From assembly GCA_965224195.1 (NCBI GenBank), contig OZ245040.1, positions 352,001 through 416,000 of the forward strand: a stretch of DNA of 64,000 nucleotides, in the 5' to 3' direction. The translations under genes were made by a program, and so were the position numbers. Positions 52,444-63,161 of the stretch are shown piece by piece; position 1 is the first letter of the stretch, and each line of letters starts with the position of its first letter. The notes below the pieces were generated by a model. It was given only the letters and a program-made list of their open reading frames with translations. It had not been told where the DNA came from and ran no database searches. Source of the stretch: Nitrosopumilus sp. GTDB lineage: Archaea > Thermoproteota > Nitrososphaeria > Nitrososphaerales > Nitrosopumilaceae.

Positions 52444-53529
52444 ATGAGAAAAATGAATAATTCTTTTAACAGTATTACTGATAAATCCATTTTAGTTACT
52501 GGGGGGGCTGGATTTTTAGGTTCACATTTAGTTGACAAAATACTTGATTCAAATTTTAAAAATGATAATTCGAATGTGATTTCTTTTGATAATGAGTTTA
52601 GAGGCTCATTTAGTAAAAATTTAGGATTATCTTTAGAAAAACATTCTAAATTATCAAAAATTAAAGGCGATGTCAGAAATTATGATGACTTTGAAAAATG
52701 TACTAATGACAAGGAAATTGGAACTATTTTTCATTTTGCAGCAATTAATGGTACTCGTTATTTTTATTCAATTCCTGAGACTGTACTGGATGTAAATATT
52801 CGTGGATTAGTAAATGCATTAGAATTTGCTAGAAAAAAGGATGTCAAACATTTTGTTTTTGCATCAACTCCCGAAGCATACGGGGTACCTGAAATTTTTC
52901 CAACTCCTGAGACAACATCATTATCTGTTCCTGACAGTAGTAATCCAAGATGGTCATATGGAGGGAGTAAAATTTTGGGAGAAATTTATTGTTCTGTATA
53001 TTCAAAAAAATATGGAATAAAATGCTCCATTTTGAGATATCATAATGTTTATGGTCCTAGAGATACATATGGACATGTTATTCCAGATTTAGCATATCAG
53101 CTTTTTCAAGGTAAAAAGGAAATTAAAATTCAAGGGACAGGCAAAGAAACTCGTAGTTTTTGTTATGTTGATGATGCAATTGAAGCAACTTCTCAAATCA
53201 TTGAAAAACAAAAAAACCTTCTTGATGTATTTAATATAGGAATGGATAAAGAAACATCAATTTCATCTCTCTTTGAAATTCTTAAAAAAATTCATTTGAA
53301 TTATGAACTATCTAAAAACAAAAAAATTCATGGTGATAAAAATAATCCTCAAATAAATTCAATCTTTAGTGATGAAGCAAAAGGTGGTACACATAGAAGA
53401 CTTCCTGATATTTCAAAATTAGGCAATCTAGGATATTCTCCAAAAATATCATTATTAGAAGGATTAACAAAAACATATCAATGGATGGCTGAAAATCCAG
53501 ACTATTATAGACAAAGTTTCAAGAAATAA
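52444..53529 (+). CDS. NAD-dependent nucleotide-sugar epimerase/dehydratase (SDR)
   Basis: TGGAGFLG, HFAAING, NPRWSYGGSK and RYHNVYGPR motifs. Confidence 0.88.
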   Translation: MRKMNNSFNSITDKSILVTGGAGFLGSHLVDKILDSNFKNDNSNVISFDNEFRGSFSKNLGLSLEKHSKLSKIKGDVRNYDDFEKCTNDKEIGTIFHFAAINGTRYFYSIPETVLDVNIRGLVNALEFARKKDVKHFVFASTPEAYGVPEIFPTPETTSLSVPDSSNPRWSYGGSKILGEIYCSVYSKKYGIKCSILRYHNVYGPRDTYGHVIPDLAYQLFQGKKEIKIQGTGKETRSFCYVDDAIEATSQIIEKQKNLLDVFNIGMDKETSISSLFEILKKIHLNYELSKNKKIHGDKNNPQINSIFSDEAKGGTHRRLPDISKLGNLGYSPKISLLEGLTKTYQWMAENPDYYRQSFKK

Positions 53530-53569
53530 TAATTAATTTTTATTTTTTAAAATAATTTTTTTTAATAAT

Positions 53570-55066
53570 TTATTTTGTTTTAAAAATTTTATTAATAACA
53601 GATTGAAAAAGGTTTCTTGTTTTGTTATCTATGATATATGTGACTCCTAAATATGTAAGAAATGAGGGAATTACAAATAGAAGTAAATTAGGTAAGAAAA
53701 CAAAAATACTTTTTTCATAAACCAAAAAATTTTCTGAAAGGAAATAAAATGAACTAAAAACTAAAATTGCTGATATCATATACTTGACAGTACTTTTTTT
53801 ATTAATTTCAGGTTTGAACTCTTTTTGTGCCATAATGTAAAAATATACGGAAAATGGAATTTCCATAATCAGATACAGTAAGGCCCACCAAAAAATTAGA
53901 TCAATTTCAGATGAATCATTATTTACTAAAATTACCAATAAAATTACCAGAATTCCAATATAGATAGATCGCTTAATCAAACCTAATGTGGGCAAATAAA
54001 ATAATTTACTTCGCAAATAATCCTTGGTACTTGCATTTCTGTCTGTATCGACTTTTTCAATACCCTTTAAAGAACCGTTAAGTAGTTTTGTAAATCCTGC
54101 TATGAAACCAGCTAACACTAGAAGAATTACTACTGGATTAGCTGAAATGTATATAGGATTTAGAGCAAATAATCCTGCCTTTGAAAATACTATTGAAAGT
54201 GCTCCAAGAGGAAATGCAAAATAAAAAAACTTAAGCATACTTTCTTGGAAAAATTCTTTTCTACCACCCTCCAAAAGTTTTGGATACACAGCTTTGTTTA
54301 TTCGACTTGAGTGACTTACAATGGATGCAACTGATTTAGAAACTACCCAATAAGAAAGACCAAATGCTGAACCTGTAATTATTGTAAATATGATGACATC
54401 ACTTTCGTAAATAATTTTGGATAATCTTGGATATGTTGGTAACCATGAGTGACGTAGCCACCATTTTACCATACTTATATCAAAAACACCTAAAATTTTT
54501 TCACGGTTTTTTATTAATAAAAATATAGTACTTACAAAAAGTGATGCTACTACTGCTAGTATAACTCCATGAATTCCCATTTGAAAAAAATAAACAAACA
54601 AAAATACAAATGGGATTTTTGTTAATTCACTTACTAAGAAACCATAATCTCCATTCTGTGGTTTATGACCTAAACTTATTGCCATTAAAACATTCCAAAT
54701 AAACTGTAATGGAATTAATAAAACACCAAAGAACAAAATTGCAATATCTTCGTTAGTAACAGAACCTATTGCAAATGATATGGTGAGAAAAATCGCTATT
54801 CCTATCCCTGAAATCATACCTGAAGTAATAAATGCCGTTTTTCCGGTTTCTAACCCTCTCGCAATTTCTCGAGTTGTCCAATATGCAACCGTTGGTTGTA
54901 AAATAGCTGAATACCCAATCAAAGATCCTAAAAGAGACCATGTTCCTAAATCATTTTGTGTTAATTCACGTGTAACTACTAATGTAAAAATAAGACCCGT
55001 AATAACACTGACTAAACCAATTACTAGTGATATTAATCCTGAATATGTTACTCTGATTTTAGACAT
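53570..55066 (-). CDS. Polysaccharide/oligosaccharide flippase (Wzx/MOP-like)
   Basis: About 12-14 hydrophobic segments in 498 aa, within a glycan locus. Confidence 0.7.
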   Translation of the reverse strand: MSKIRVTYSGLISLVIGLVSVITGLIFTLVVTRELTQNDLGTWSLLGSLIGYSAILQPTVAYWTTREIARGLETGKTAFITSGMISGIGIAIFLTISFAIGSVTNEDIAILFFGVLLIPLQFIWNVLMAISLGHKPQNGDYGFLVSELTKIPFVFLFVYFFQMGIHGVILAVVASLFVSTIFLLIKNREKILGVFDISMVKWWLRHSWLPTYPRLSKIIYESDVIIFTIITGSAFGLSYWVVSKSVASIVSHSSRINKAVYPKLLEGGRKEFFQESMLKFFYFAFPLGALSIVFSKAGLFALNPIYISANPVVILLVLAGFIAGFTKLLNGSLKGIEKVDTDRNASTKDYLRSKLFYLPTLGLIKRSIYIGILVILLVILVNNDSSEIDLIFWWALLYLIMEIPFSVYFYIMAQKEFKPEINKKSTVKYMISAILVFSSFYFLSENFLVYEKSIFVFLPNLLLFVIPSFLTYLGVTYIIDNKTRNLFQSVINKIFKTK

Positions 55067-55227
55067 TCATTATCCTCAAGTTTTTTACCTATGTTATTGT
55101 ATTCTTTGGATGTTAAATTATATGACTTTCTACTAAATGTTTCCTTATAATATTTCAAAATCCTAAAAATGAGCATTTCTTTATTCTTTAGATGAATTAT
55201 TTTGAGACTTTTTAAAATTTATTTCGT

Positions 55228-55911
55228 TTAAATTTTTTGAACCTGTACAAAGTTTATTTTCAATGTACCTTCAGGCTTGCTAAATTTATCTTGGATTGGA
55301 AGAATTTTTACATTATAGATTGATTTGTCTAACTTATTCACAAGATTTTGACATCCTGCATCTTTCCTTTGTCCCCATTTACCTGACCAGAAATCATCAA
55401 AAATCACAATTGTATTTTTATCCATCACTTTTTGTGTATATTTCCAATCATTTTCAATAGTCTCAATACTATGACCACCATCAATAAACACTAAATCCAT
55501 TTTAGGTAGTTTTGAAATTACACTTGGCATTGTCTGTTCTGTGAATCCTGAAAAAAGTTTTACTTTAGCATCTGTTATGTCCAATTTTTTTTGAAGATCT
55601 TTAAGTGTCAATGGTTGTTTTGATACTTCTTTTTTAAAAATTTCTTTATTCATCATCTCAAAAATATCAAAACCAAAATACTCTACTTGATATGCTTTAT
55701 GAAATTTTTGAGCAATTCTTATCATCTCTAAAGCCCGAATACCTTTAGCCGTTCCAATTTCCATGATTTTTTTACATTTGTATTTTTCAATTATTTCAAA
55801 AATTTGATCATATTTCAATGCACGTTCTACTCCTTTCATTTTTTCCAAATTTCTTAAAAATGGAAATTTTTTTGCCATATTTTTATAAATTTTATTACGT
55901 AATTTTCTCAT
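55228..55911 (-). CDS. Class I SAM-dependent methyltransferase
   Basis: MEIGTAKG, FGFDIF, DLVFIDGGHS and IFDDF motifs. Confidence 0.82.
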   Translation of the reverse strand: MRKLRNKIYKNMAKKFPFLRNLEKMKGVERALKYDQIFEIIEKYKCKKIMEIGTAKGIRALEMIRIAQKFHKAYQVEYFGFDIFEMMNKEIFKKEVSKQPLTLKDLQKKLDITDAKVKLFSGFTEQTMPSVISKLPKMDLVFIDGGHSIETIENDWKYTQKVMDKNTIVIFDDFWSGKWGQRKDAGCQNLVNKLDKSIYNVKILPIQDKFSKPEGTLKINFVQVQKI

Positions 55912-56980
55912 ATACCTTCACATATTCTACTATAATTTTTGAGAGATCATGTTTTTTTGCCCACTGATAATTTTTTGAACTCATTTCTTCCCACAATTTT
56001 TCATTTGAAAGAATCTTAATTAATGCATTACTTGTTTTTTTGATGTTTTCTTGAGGTACAAGTAATCCATTTTCACCATCAATTATTGCATCTTCGATTC
56101 CATTCCCTAAAGTTCCGATAACTGGAGTACCACAGGCAGCAGCTTCTAAAAATACTAATCCAAACCCTTCAAAATTGTGTTCATGATTAATTGATGTTAG
56201 AATAAAAATTTTTGCTTCCATGAACATTTTATTTAATTCATTCCTTTCAACCCCTTCTAAAAATTCTACATCCTTTTCTACATTATATTCTTCAGCTAAT
56301 TTTTTTAATTGATTATAATATTTTGAGTTTTTTTGACTTCCAACAATTTTGTATTTTAGTTTAGGAATTTCTTTTTTTGCTAAAGCAAATGCTGGAATTG
56401 AAATATGATACCCTTTTCTTGATTTTAAAGCACCAACTCCAAGAATAAACTCATTTTCTGTTTTTAAATGAGAAAAACTTAATTTTTCAATATTAATCCC
56501 TGGATGAATCACTTCTATCTGTTTTTTTGAAACTTTTTTCAAAATTTCATTTTTTGTATATTTGCTTAATGTAACAATGCAATCTGCTTTTTTGTATGCT
56601 TTTTTTATTAGAATACCTACAATCCCTCTCCTGTATAATGGGGCTACTGCAAAAGTTCCCATACCAGTAATTACAAGTTTCTTTTTTTGTATTGAACTAA
56701 TTATATATCCAATAATTCCAAAAGGATATCCGTCTAAACAATGAATTATATCACAATCTTTGGAATACTTTAGAGCTTTTAATGATGATGTAATTATTGA
56801 CACTAGACCCTTACCTTTAATGATGTGATGTCCTTCAAATCCATCATTAGATTGTTTTAAAACCACAACTTCGTGGCCTTTATCTTTCATCCCTTTTACA
56901 ATATCTGATGAAATTCTCCCCCACCCATCTTTTGAATCCATGTTGGGGACAATGTAACAAATTTTAAATTTCTTAGACAT
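55895..56980 (-). CDS. GT4 glycosyltransferase
   Basis: GALKSRKG and EGFGLVFLEAAACG motifs. Confidence 0.9.
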   Translation of the reverse strand: MSKKFKICYIVPNMDSKDGWGRISSDIVKGMKDKGHEVVVLKQSNDGFEGHHIIKGKGLVSIITSSLKALKYSKDCDIIHCLDGYPFGIIGYIISSIQKKKLVITGMGTFAVAPLYRRGIVGILIKKAYKKADCIVTLSKYTKNEILKKVSKKQIEVIHPGINIEKLSFSHLKTENEFILGVGALKSRKGYHISIPAFALAKKEIPKLKYKIVGSQKNSKYYNQLKKLAEEYNVEKDVEFLEGVERNELNKMFMEAKIFILTSINHEHNFEGFGLVFLEAAACGTPVIGTLGNGIEDAIIDGENGLLVPQENIKKTSNALIKILSNEKLWEEMSSKNYQWAKKHDLSKIIVEYVKVYEKIT

Positions 56981-57220
56981 TTCTTAGACAATTATAATTA
57001 AAACTTCAATAGAATAAGATTCTCTAAATACATTTATCCTTAAAATATTTTCTTTCATTTTTCTAATTTTTGAATTTTGAAGTTATATTTCAATCATACT
57101 CATTTTTCAATCATTCTATTTTGAATGCAAAATTGACTGTTAAGAAAATTTGTAGTAAATGGGCAATTTGTAGAAGATTAGTTGTCTATAGTGCTTTTAT
57201 TATGCTTTTCTTAGATTATT

Positions 57221-58720
57221 TTGTTGACAAATATCTTAATGCTATTGACTGATCGTCCAACCATGATTGGAATTTCAAAATATTTTTCAAATCATTTTGA
57301 AACTTTTGCAATTATCAATGCTCAAAATTTAAAGACTTTTTACAAAAAACAAGATTGGGCAAATTTTAAAAAAATTTGGTTTTTTAAAAATGTTCTAAAT
57401 GTAAGTAACACACAACCTGATTTAGAATATCTTCAAAATTTTGAAAAAAAATTTAATGTAAATCTAAGACTCATTGCTTCAACTGAAAGAAGATTTATTC
57501 CAGAATATAACCCGTTTACTATTTTTTCAAAACAAGAAATTGATTCTTTACTTGAACAATCATGTAGATTTTTTGAAAATATTTTAGAATATTCAAAACC
57601 TTCATATTTAATTTTACAAATGGGTACAGGATTTTATCACACTCTTTTAGTTGAAATGTGTAAATCTCTAAAAATTAGAGTTTTAACATTACAAGTACAT
57701 AAACTTAGTAATCTTGCATACATTGCATCTGATATTGATCATGATTTACTTGAAAAAAAATTCAAAGAGTTTTCATCACCAAAACTTTATGATTTCAATG
57801 AATTACCAAAAAAACTAGAACAATTAAAAGAAAAAAAAATTGAATATGTTTTTGAACAAAAAGTTCCCTTTTCTGATAAAATCAATTCATTTCTAAAATT
57901 TCTATCAAAAGATTTTTCAGAATTTAATCATATATATTATAATTATGGAATTACAAAATTTAAATTACTTACAACAAATAGCAAAAAATATAATTTACTA
58001 GTTAAAAAATATAGAGAAAATTTTCTTAAACATTTTCATAAAAAAATCCATGATGAAAATTTTGTCTATTTCCCTTTACATGTTCAACCTGAAAGAACTA
58101 CACTTCTTGGTGCACCATTCATAAATGATCAATTGGAATTAATTTCAAATATTTCAAAATCATTACCATCTAACTATATTCTTTATGTGAAAGAACACCC
58201 TGCTATGGTTGTATATAATTGGAGAAATCTGAATTTTTATAAAAAAATTTCTTCACTCCCAAATACAAAATTGATTTATACGTCTGTAGATTCAAAAGAA
58301 ATTATTAAAAAAGCAAAATTAGTAATCACCATTACTGGTTCTGCAAGTTTAGAATCCCTTTTTTATGGTGTTCCATCTATAATTTTTTCAGATATTGTTT
58401 CCCCATGTCCTTCATCTGTTACTCGCATTAATGAGATTGAATCATTACCACAAAAAATTAAAAATGCATTAAAAACTAGAGTTGATTCAAAAGAAATTTC
58501 AAAATATTATTATTTCTTACAAGAACAACTAATTCATCTCCCACTGGATGAAATAATGAATGATTTTCGTAGTACTTTCCCGTATAAAGGATTCATGGAT
58601 AATTCAGATTTTGAACCAAATGGTGTGACACAATTTTTAAAAAAACATGAACATAATTTTGATTTATTAGCTTTAGAATTTAATAAAAAAATTCAAGAAG
58701 CCAAATCTTATCATGATTGA
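57221..58720 (+). CDS. Capsule-synthesis (KpsS/KpsC/LipB-like) protein, candidate CMP-ulosonate transferase
   Basis: FVYFPLHVQPE, YVKEHP and ITGSASLESLFYGVP motifs; lies upstream of neuB. Confidence 0.7.
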   Translation: MLTNILMLLTDRPTMIGISKYFSNHFETFAIINAQNLKTFYKKQDWANFKKIWFFKNVLNVSNTQPDLEYLQNFEKKFNVNLRLIASTERRFIPEYNPFTIFSKQEIDSLLEQSCRFFENILEYSKPSYLILQMGTGFYHTLLVEMCKSLKIRVLTLQVHKLSNLAYIASDIDHDLLEKKFKEFSSPKLYDFNELPKKLEQLKEKKIEYVFEQKVPFSDKINSFLKFLSKDFSEFNHIYYNYGITKFKLLTTNSKKYNLLVKKYRENFLKHFHKKIHDENFVYFPLHVQPERTTLLGAPFINDQLELISNISKSLPSNYILYVKEHPAMVVYNWRNLNFYKKISSLPNTKLIYTSVDSKEIIKKAKLVITITGSASLESLFYGVPSIIFSDIVSPCPSSVTRINEIESLPQKIKNALKTRVDSKEISKYYYFLQEQLIHLPLDEIMNDFRSTFPYKGFMDNSDFEPNGVTQFLKKHEHNFDLLALEFNKKIQEAKSYHD

Positions 58721-58795
58721 TGATTTTTTATTTAATCAATTTTTTTTCACAATAACTTATTAAATTGCTTTATTCTAACAAAAGATGAAATATCC

Positions 58796-59626
58796 TTGGT
58801 ATTCATAGTTGCTGAAATTGGAATCAATCATAACGGAGATCTGAATATAGCTAAAAAATTAATTGATATGGCTGTAGAATGTGGATGTGACGCTGTAAAA
58901 TTTCAAAAAAGAACTATTGAAAAAGTATACCCAAAAGAAACTTTGGATGGAATTAGAGAAAGTCCATGGGGAACAACTTTTAGAGAACAAAAAGAAGGAT
59001 TAGAATTTTCAATGAATGATTTTAAAAAATTAGATAAATATTGTAAGAAAAAAATTCCCTGGTATGTATCATGTTGGGATGTTGAAAGTCAAATTGCTAT
59101 GAGGAAATTTAAAACTAGTTATAACAAAATTGCATCAGCTATGTTAATTCATGAAAAATTATTAAAAACTGTTGCTGAGGAAAAAAAATACACCTTTATC
59201 TCTACTGGCATGAGTACGATGGAACAAATTTCTAAAGCCGTAAAAATTTTTAAATCTTTCAAATGTCCTTTTGAATTAATGCATTCTCATAGTGCATATC
59301 CGATGTCTATGGATGAAGCAAATCTTCAACTAATTCAAATCTTAAAAAAGAAATTCAAATGTAATGTAGGTTATAGTGGTCATGAAATAGCTTCTTATCT
59401 TGTTACAATTCCTGCAGTGGTTTTGGGAGCTACATCAATAGAGCGACATATTACATTAGATCGAAGTATGTATGGCTCAGATCAAGCTGCATCTTTGGAA
59501 CGTAGTGGTTTTAAAAGAATGGTTAGAGACGTTAGAGCAATAGAGAAAATTTTAGGCGATGGAAAAAAACGAATCTGGGATTCTGAAAAACCTGCTCAAA
59601 AGAAACTTAGACAGGTGTTAGCTTAA
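58796..59626 (+). CDS. neuB: NeuB-family PEP-dependent ulosonic acid synthase lacking the C-terminal AFP-like domain
   Basis: AEIGINHNGD, DAVKFQKR, STGMS, SAYP, GYSGHE and IERHITLDR motifs; only 276 aa. Confidence 0.9.
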   Translation: MVFIVAEIGINHNGDLNIAKKLIDMAVECGCDAVKFQKRTIEKVYPKETLDGIRESPWGTTFREQKEGLEFSMNDFKKLDKYCKKKIPWYVSCWDVESQIAMRKFKTSYNKIASAMLIHEKLLKTVAEEKKYTFISTGMSTMEQISKAVKIFKSFKCPFELMHSHSAYPMSMDEANLQLIQILKKKFKCNVGYSGHEIASYLVTIPAVVLGATSIERHITLDRSMYGSDQAASLERSGFKRMVRDVRAIEKILGDGKKRIWDSEKPAQKKLRQVLA

Positions 59627-59628
59627 TT

Positions 59629-60204
59629 TTGAATGAAGAAATAGAAAATTATATTCATTCCAGTAGTGATGAAATAAAAAAAATTATAGAATTAATTCCT
59701 TCGATAAATGATTCTATTAATGCAATTATTAATTCTATCAAAAATAAAAATAAAATAGTTATTTTTGGAAACGGTGGAAGTGCAGCTGATGCCCAACATT
59801 TTGCGGCTGAATTAATTGGTCGTTATAAAATTGAACGAGAAAGTTTACCTGCTTTAGCATTAACTACTGATACAAGCATTTTAACAAGCATTTCAAATGA
59901 TTATTCTTTTGAAGTAGTTTTTAGTCGTCAATGTGAAAGTTTAATTTTAGAAAATGATATAGCCATTGGAATTTCTACTAGTGGAAATTCCAAAAATATT
60001 TTTGAAGGTCTAAAAACAGCTAAAACAAAAGGAGCCAAAACTGTAGCATTATTAGGAAATAGTGGTGGAATTATCAAAACAATTTCTGATATTTCTATAA
60101 TTGTTGATTCCTCGATTACTGCTACCATCCAAGAATCTCATAGAATTATTATTCATATAATCTGTGAAATTGTTGAGAAAGAATTTTCAACAATTAAAAA
60201 TTAG
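59629..60204 (+). CDS. gmhA: Phosphoheptose isomerase GmhA (SIS domain)
   Basis: FGNGGSAADAQHFAAEL, SISNDY, GISTSGNS and QESH motifs. Confidence 0.9.
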   Translation: MNEEIENYIHSSSDEIKKIIELIPSINDSINAIINSIKNKNKIVIFGNGGSAADAQHFAAELIGRYKIERESLPALALTTDTSILTSISNDYSFEVVFSRQCESLILENDIAIGISTSGNSKNIFEGLKTAKTKGAKTVALLGNSGGIIKTISDISIIVDSSITATIQESHRIIIHIICEIVEKEFSTIKN

Positions 60205-60722
60205 TAAAAATTCTTTTGTAATGGAAATTGTGATTGTAATATCAAATCTGCCACTTCTCTTAGAACTCCTTCTCCACCACTTTTCTTACACACATAATGT
60301 GAATTCTTTTTAAGAATTGATATTGCATCATTTGGTGCTGCAGAAAAACCAACAAGTTTAATTAAATTCAAGTCATTTACATCATCCCCGATGTATGCTA
60401 ATTGTGATATTGAAACTTTGAATTTTTTACATATTTCTTGTATGATATCTTCCTTTTTCTGTATTCCCGAATAAAGTTTGGTTATTTTCATTTTTGAAGC
60501 CCATTTTTTGACTGCAGGATGATTTTCTTTTGTAATTATTAAACATAAAATCCCTTTTTTCCTTAATAAATTAACTCCCATCCCATCTCTAGCATGAAAT
60601 TTTTTCATAATGTCCCAATCTTTAGAATAATACATCCCTCCATCGGTGAGTACACCATCGACATCAGTCATTAGGATTTTAATTTTTTGACACTTTTTTT
60701 TATTTTCAATTAAATTTATCAA
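60201..60722 (-). CDS. KdsC/KDN-9-phosphate phosphatase-like HAD hydrolase
   Basis: DVDGVLTDGG, FHARDGMG, YIGDDVND and GGEGVLREV motifs. Confidence 0.88.
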   Translation of the reverse strand: MINLIENKKKCQKIKILMTDVDGVLTDGGMYYSKDWDIMKKFHARDGMGVNLLRKKGILCLIITKENHPAVKKWASKMKITKLYSGIQKKEDIIQEICKKFKVSISQLAYIGDDVNDLNLIKLVGFSAAPNDAISILKKNSHYVCKKSGGEGVLREVADLILQSQFPLQKNFY

Positions 60723-60725
60723 ATT

Positions 60726-61397
60726 TTACCTCTTTAGAATTTGTTCAATTAATAATACATCATTTAAAGAATCTATCTGCATTGATAAAAACTCCGGCAT
60801 CTCATACATTCCTATTTTTCCAGATAATCTGCACTTGTTTTTTTGAAATGAATTATATGTAAAAACAAAAATTGCCCCATTTTCGATAAACTGATCATTC
60901 ATTTGTTGTCGATTTGGTCTATTATTTGGTTTATAATTTATTGGGATAGTTTTATTTTTTATAACTTTCCAAAAAAGATTATGTGACTTATATCCACTAA
61001 ATAATGAATCTAATTTTTGTTTTTTAAATAATTTAATTGACTCATCAATATGTTTTGAATTTCTTAATGGAGATGTATTTTGTAATAAAACTATAATGTC
61101 TGGTTTATATCTTTGATTTTTTTCTAATTCTTTTAAAACATGTTCTATGGTGGGTTCAATTCTGATTTTGTTTCCAGATAAATTATTTGGTCGTTTGATC
61201 ACTTCGGCTTTAAGCTTTTTTGCTATATTTGCAATTTTATTATCATTTGTGGAAACTATTGTTTTTGTAATATGTTTTGAATTTAATGATGCAGTAACTG
61301 TGTAATCTAAAAGATATTTTTTATTTATTTTAATGATGTTTTTCATTGGAATTTCTGTTGAACCTCCTCTTGCTGGAATTATGGATAATATCTTCAT
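60726..61397 (-). CDS. neuA: Acylneuraminate (ulosonate) cytidylyltransferase
   Basis: IIPARGGS...KNI, LLQNTSPLR, RPNRQQ and ENGAIF motifs. Confidence 0.88.
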   Translation of the reverse strand: MKILSIIPARGGSTEIPMKNIIKINKKYLLDYTVTASLNSKHITKTIVSTNDNKIANIAKKLKAEVIKRPNNLSGNKIRIEPTIEHVLKELEKNQRYKPDIIVLLQNTSPLRNSKHIDESIKLFKKQKLDSLFSGYKSHNLFWKVIKNKTIPINYKPNNRPNRQQMNDQFIENGAIFVFTYNSFQKNKCRLSGKIGMYEMPEFLSMQIDSLNDVLLIEQILKR

Positions 61398-62188
61398 GTT
61401 ATGCTCTTTTTTTTAAATATATAAATTCCAATTGCTCCTGAATGTTTTTTTTCTAATTCTAATGGCAATGCATATTTTTCAAGCCATGTTAAAAATGATT
61501 TTATCTTTAAATCTGAAACAGATAATTTCATATCTTTAAATACATTAGGAAGTCTATTATGCAAATCTTTCAAAAATATATCCCCTTGTGCCCAAGATTG
61601 TTCAACTGTTCTCCAATTTATTGTCATTTTCATTTTTTTCGCATAATCTTGAAAATTAATTGGAGTCAAATAATGCAAATCAGCTAAAGTAATTGGTGCA
61701 TCAAAAAGATATAGTAATGTCATCAAAATGTAACCTCGCGGATTTATCCAATTGGGCGATGTAATGATGATTTTTCCATTTTTCTTTAAAAGTGATTTTA
61801 AAAATTTAAGCATTTTTAATGGATCATTCATATGTTCTAAAGTCCCAATTGACACAATTACATCAAAATCATCTTTAATTTTATTGACGTCAATACATTG
61901 ATATTCTAAATTTTTTAATTTGTATTTTTTTTTGGCAATTTCAATTGCTTCATTAGAATAATCAATTGCAAAAACATTTGCTCCTTTTTTTGCAGCTTTA
62001 AATGCAAAGTTTCCTGTTCCACATCCTACTTCTAGTACTTTTTTAGATTTCCAATTTATTTCAGATAACACTTCCTCTGCTTCAGATGTGGTTTTTTTCT
62101 TTACTTTAAAACTTGTAAAATGTTTTTCTTCTCCTTTTTTATAAATTTGATTATAAATTTTTTTTAAATTTTCATTTTTTTGTTTCAT
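61394..62188 (-). CDS. Class I SAM-dependent methyltransferase
   Basis: VLEVGCGTG, IDYS, TLEHMNDP and ITSPN motifs. Confidence 0.85.
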   Translation of the reverse strand: MKQKNENLKKIYNQIYKKGEEKHFTSFKVKKKTTSEAEEVLSEINWKSKKVLEVGCGTGNFAFKAAKKGANVFAIDYSNEAIEIAKKKYKLKNLEYQCIDVNKIKDDFDVIVSIGTLEHMNDPLKMLKFLKSLLKKNGKIIITSPNWINPRGYILMTLLYLFDAPITLADLHYLTPINFQDYAKKMKMTINWRTVEQSWAQGDIFLKDLHNRLPNVFKDMKLSVSDLKIKSFLTWLEKYALPLELEKKHSGAIGIYIFKKKSIT

Positions 62189-62254
62189 TATTACTCTTAA
62201 CTCTAAATTGAATCTATGACTTTATTTATAAACTAATTCTTCTAATTAAACAAG

Positions 62255-63121
62255 TTGTCTTCATCTCAAAGTTTTAGAAAAAATTTTCATAGATGGTTAC
62301 TTAATCATCCTAGGTTCAATCCCTATTGGTATTTTACTCCTGGCTTTTCTCGTGTTATTTCAGCACCTTTTAGAACATTACCTAATTTTTTAATTATTGG
62401 TACTCAAAAATCAGGTTCAAGCTCTCTATATGATTACATGATTCAGCATTCAGAAATTCATTCTGCAATTATGAAAGAAACTGATTATTTCTTGGGACGA
62501 ATGCCATTTTATCGATCTAATTTTCCATCAAAAATTAGTAAATTTCTTTCAAAAACAAAAAATCAAAATTTTGTAACTGGTGAAGCTTCTGTAAGATACT
62601 TTTATCATCCTGAAGTAATCTCAAAAATTCAAAAAATCATTCCTTCAACAAAACTGATTTCAATTTTTAGAAATCCTATCGATAGATCTTTTTCTCAATT
62701 TAACCGTCTTGTTAATGTTGGAAGGGAAAATAGGACTTTTGATGAAGCAGTTAAACAAGAAATTGAACAAATTCAAAAAAATAAAAATCAAAAAAATTTT
62801 TTCTCAAAAACATCTGATTTCTCATATCTTACTAGAGGAATTTATGTAGAACATTTAAAAAAATGGACTAGTCATTTTCCAAAATCACAATTTTTGATAT
62901 TAGATACTAATGATCTTAATAATAACCCACAAGAGGTTTTAAACAAAATATTTGATTTTGTGAATGTTTCTAGAGAACAAATCCAAATAAAACACAGACG
63001 TAGAGTTGGAAGTTATAAGAAAATGAATCCAAATACTAGAAATCTATTATTAGATTTTTTTAGAACATATAATGAAGAATTAAATGATTCTTTCAATATT
63101 GACTTTAATTGGGATGAGTAA
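62255..63121 (+). CDS. PAPS-dependent sulfotransferase (Sulfotransfer_1; heparan sulfotransferase-like motifs)
   Basis: 5'-PSB loop PNFLIIGTQKSGSSSL, GEASVRY, 3'-PB RNPIDRSFSQF and RGIY...W. Confidence 0.88.
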   Translation: MSSSQSFRKNFHRWLLNHPRFNPYWYFTPGFSRVISAPFRTLPNFLIIGTQKSGSSSLYDYMIQHSEIHSAIMKETDYFLGRMPFYRSNFPSKISKFLSKTKNQNFVTGEASVRYFYHPEVISKIQKIIPSTKLISIFRNPIDRSFSQFNRLVNVGRENRTFDEAVKQEIEQIQKNKNQKNFFSKTSDFSYLTRGIYVEHLKKWTSHFPKSQFLILDTNDLNNNPQEVLNKIFDFVNVSREQIQIKHRRRVGSYKKMNPNTRNLLLDFFRTYNEELNDSFNIDFNWDE

Positions 63122-63161
63122 GCAACAATAATTATAAATGAACATGGTTTGATTTTTTAAT

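Noticed and set aside
56981-57252. 60-aa ORF and long AT-rich gap in the island
   Set aside because: No motif, it overlaps the next gene, and it is most simply a divergent promoter region.
235-60128. Numerous 60-150-aa ORFs nested antisense or out of frame within recognised genes
   Set aside because: They have the composition of reverse-frame shadows (Ile/Ser/Phe/Pro-rich) and no independent motifs.
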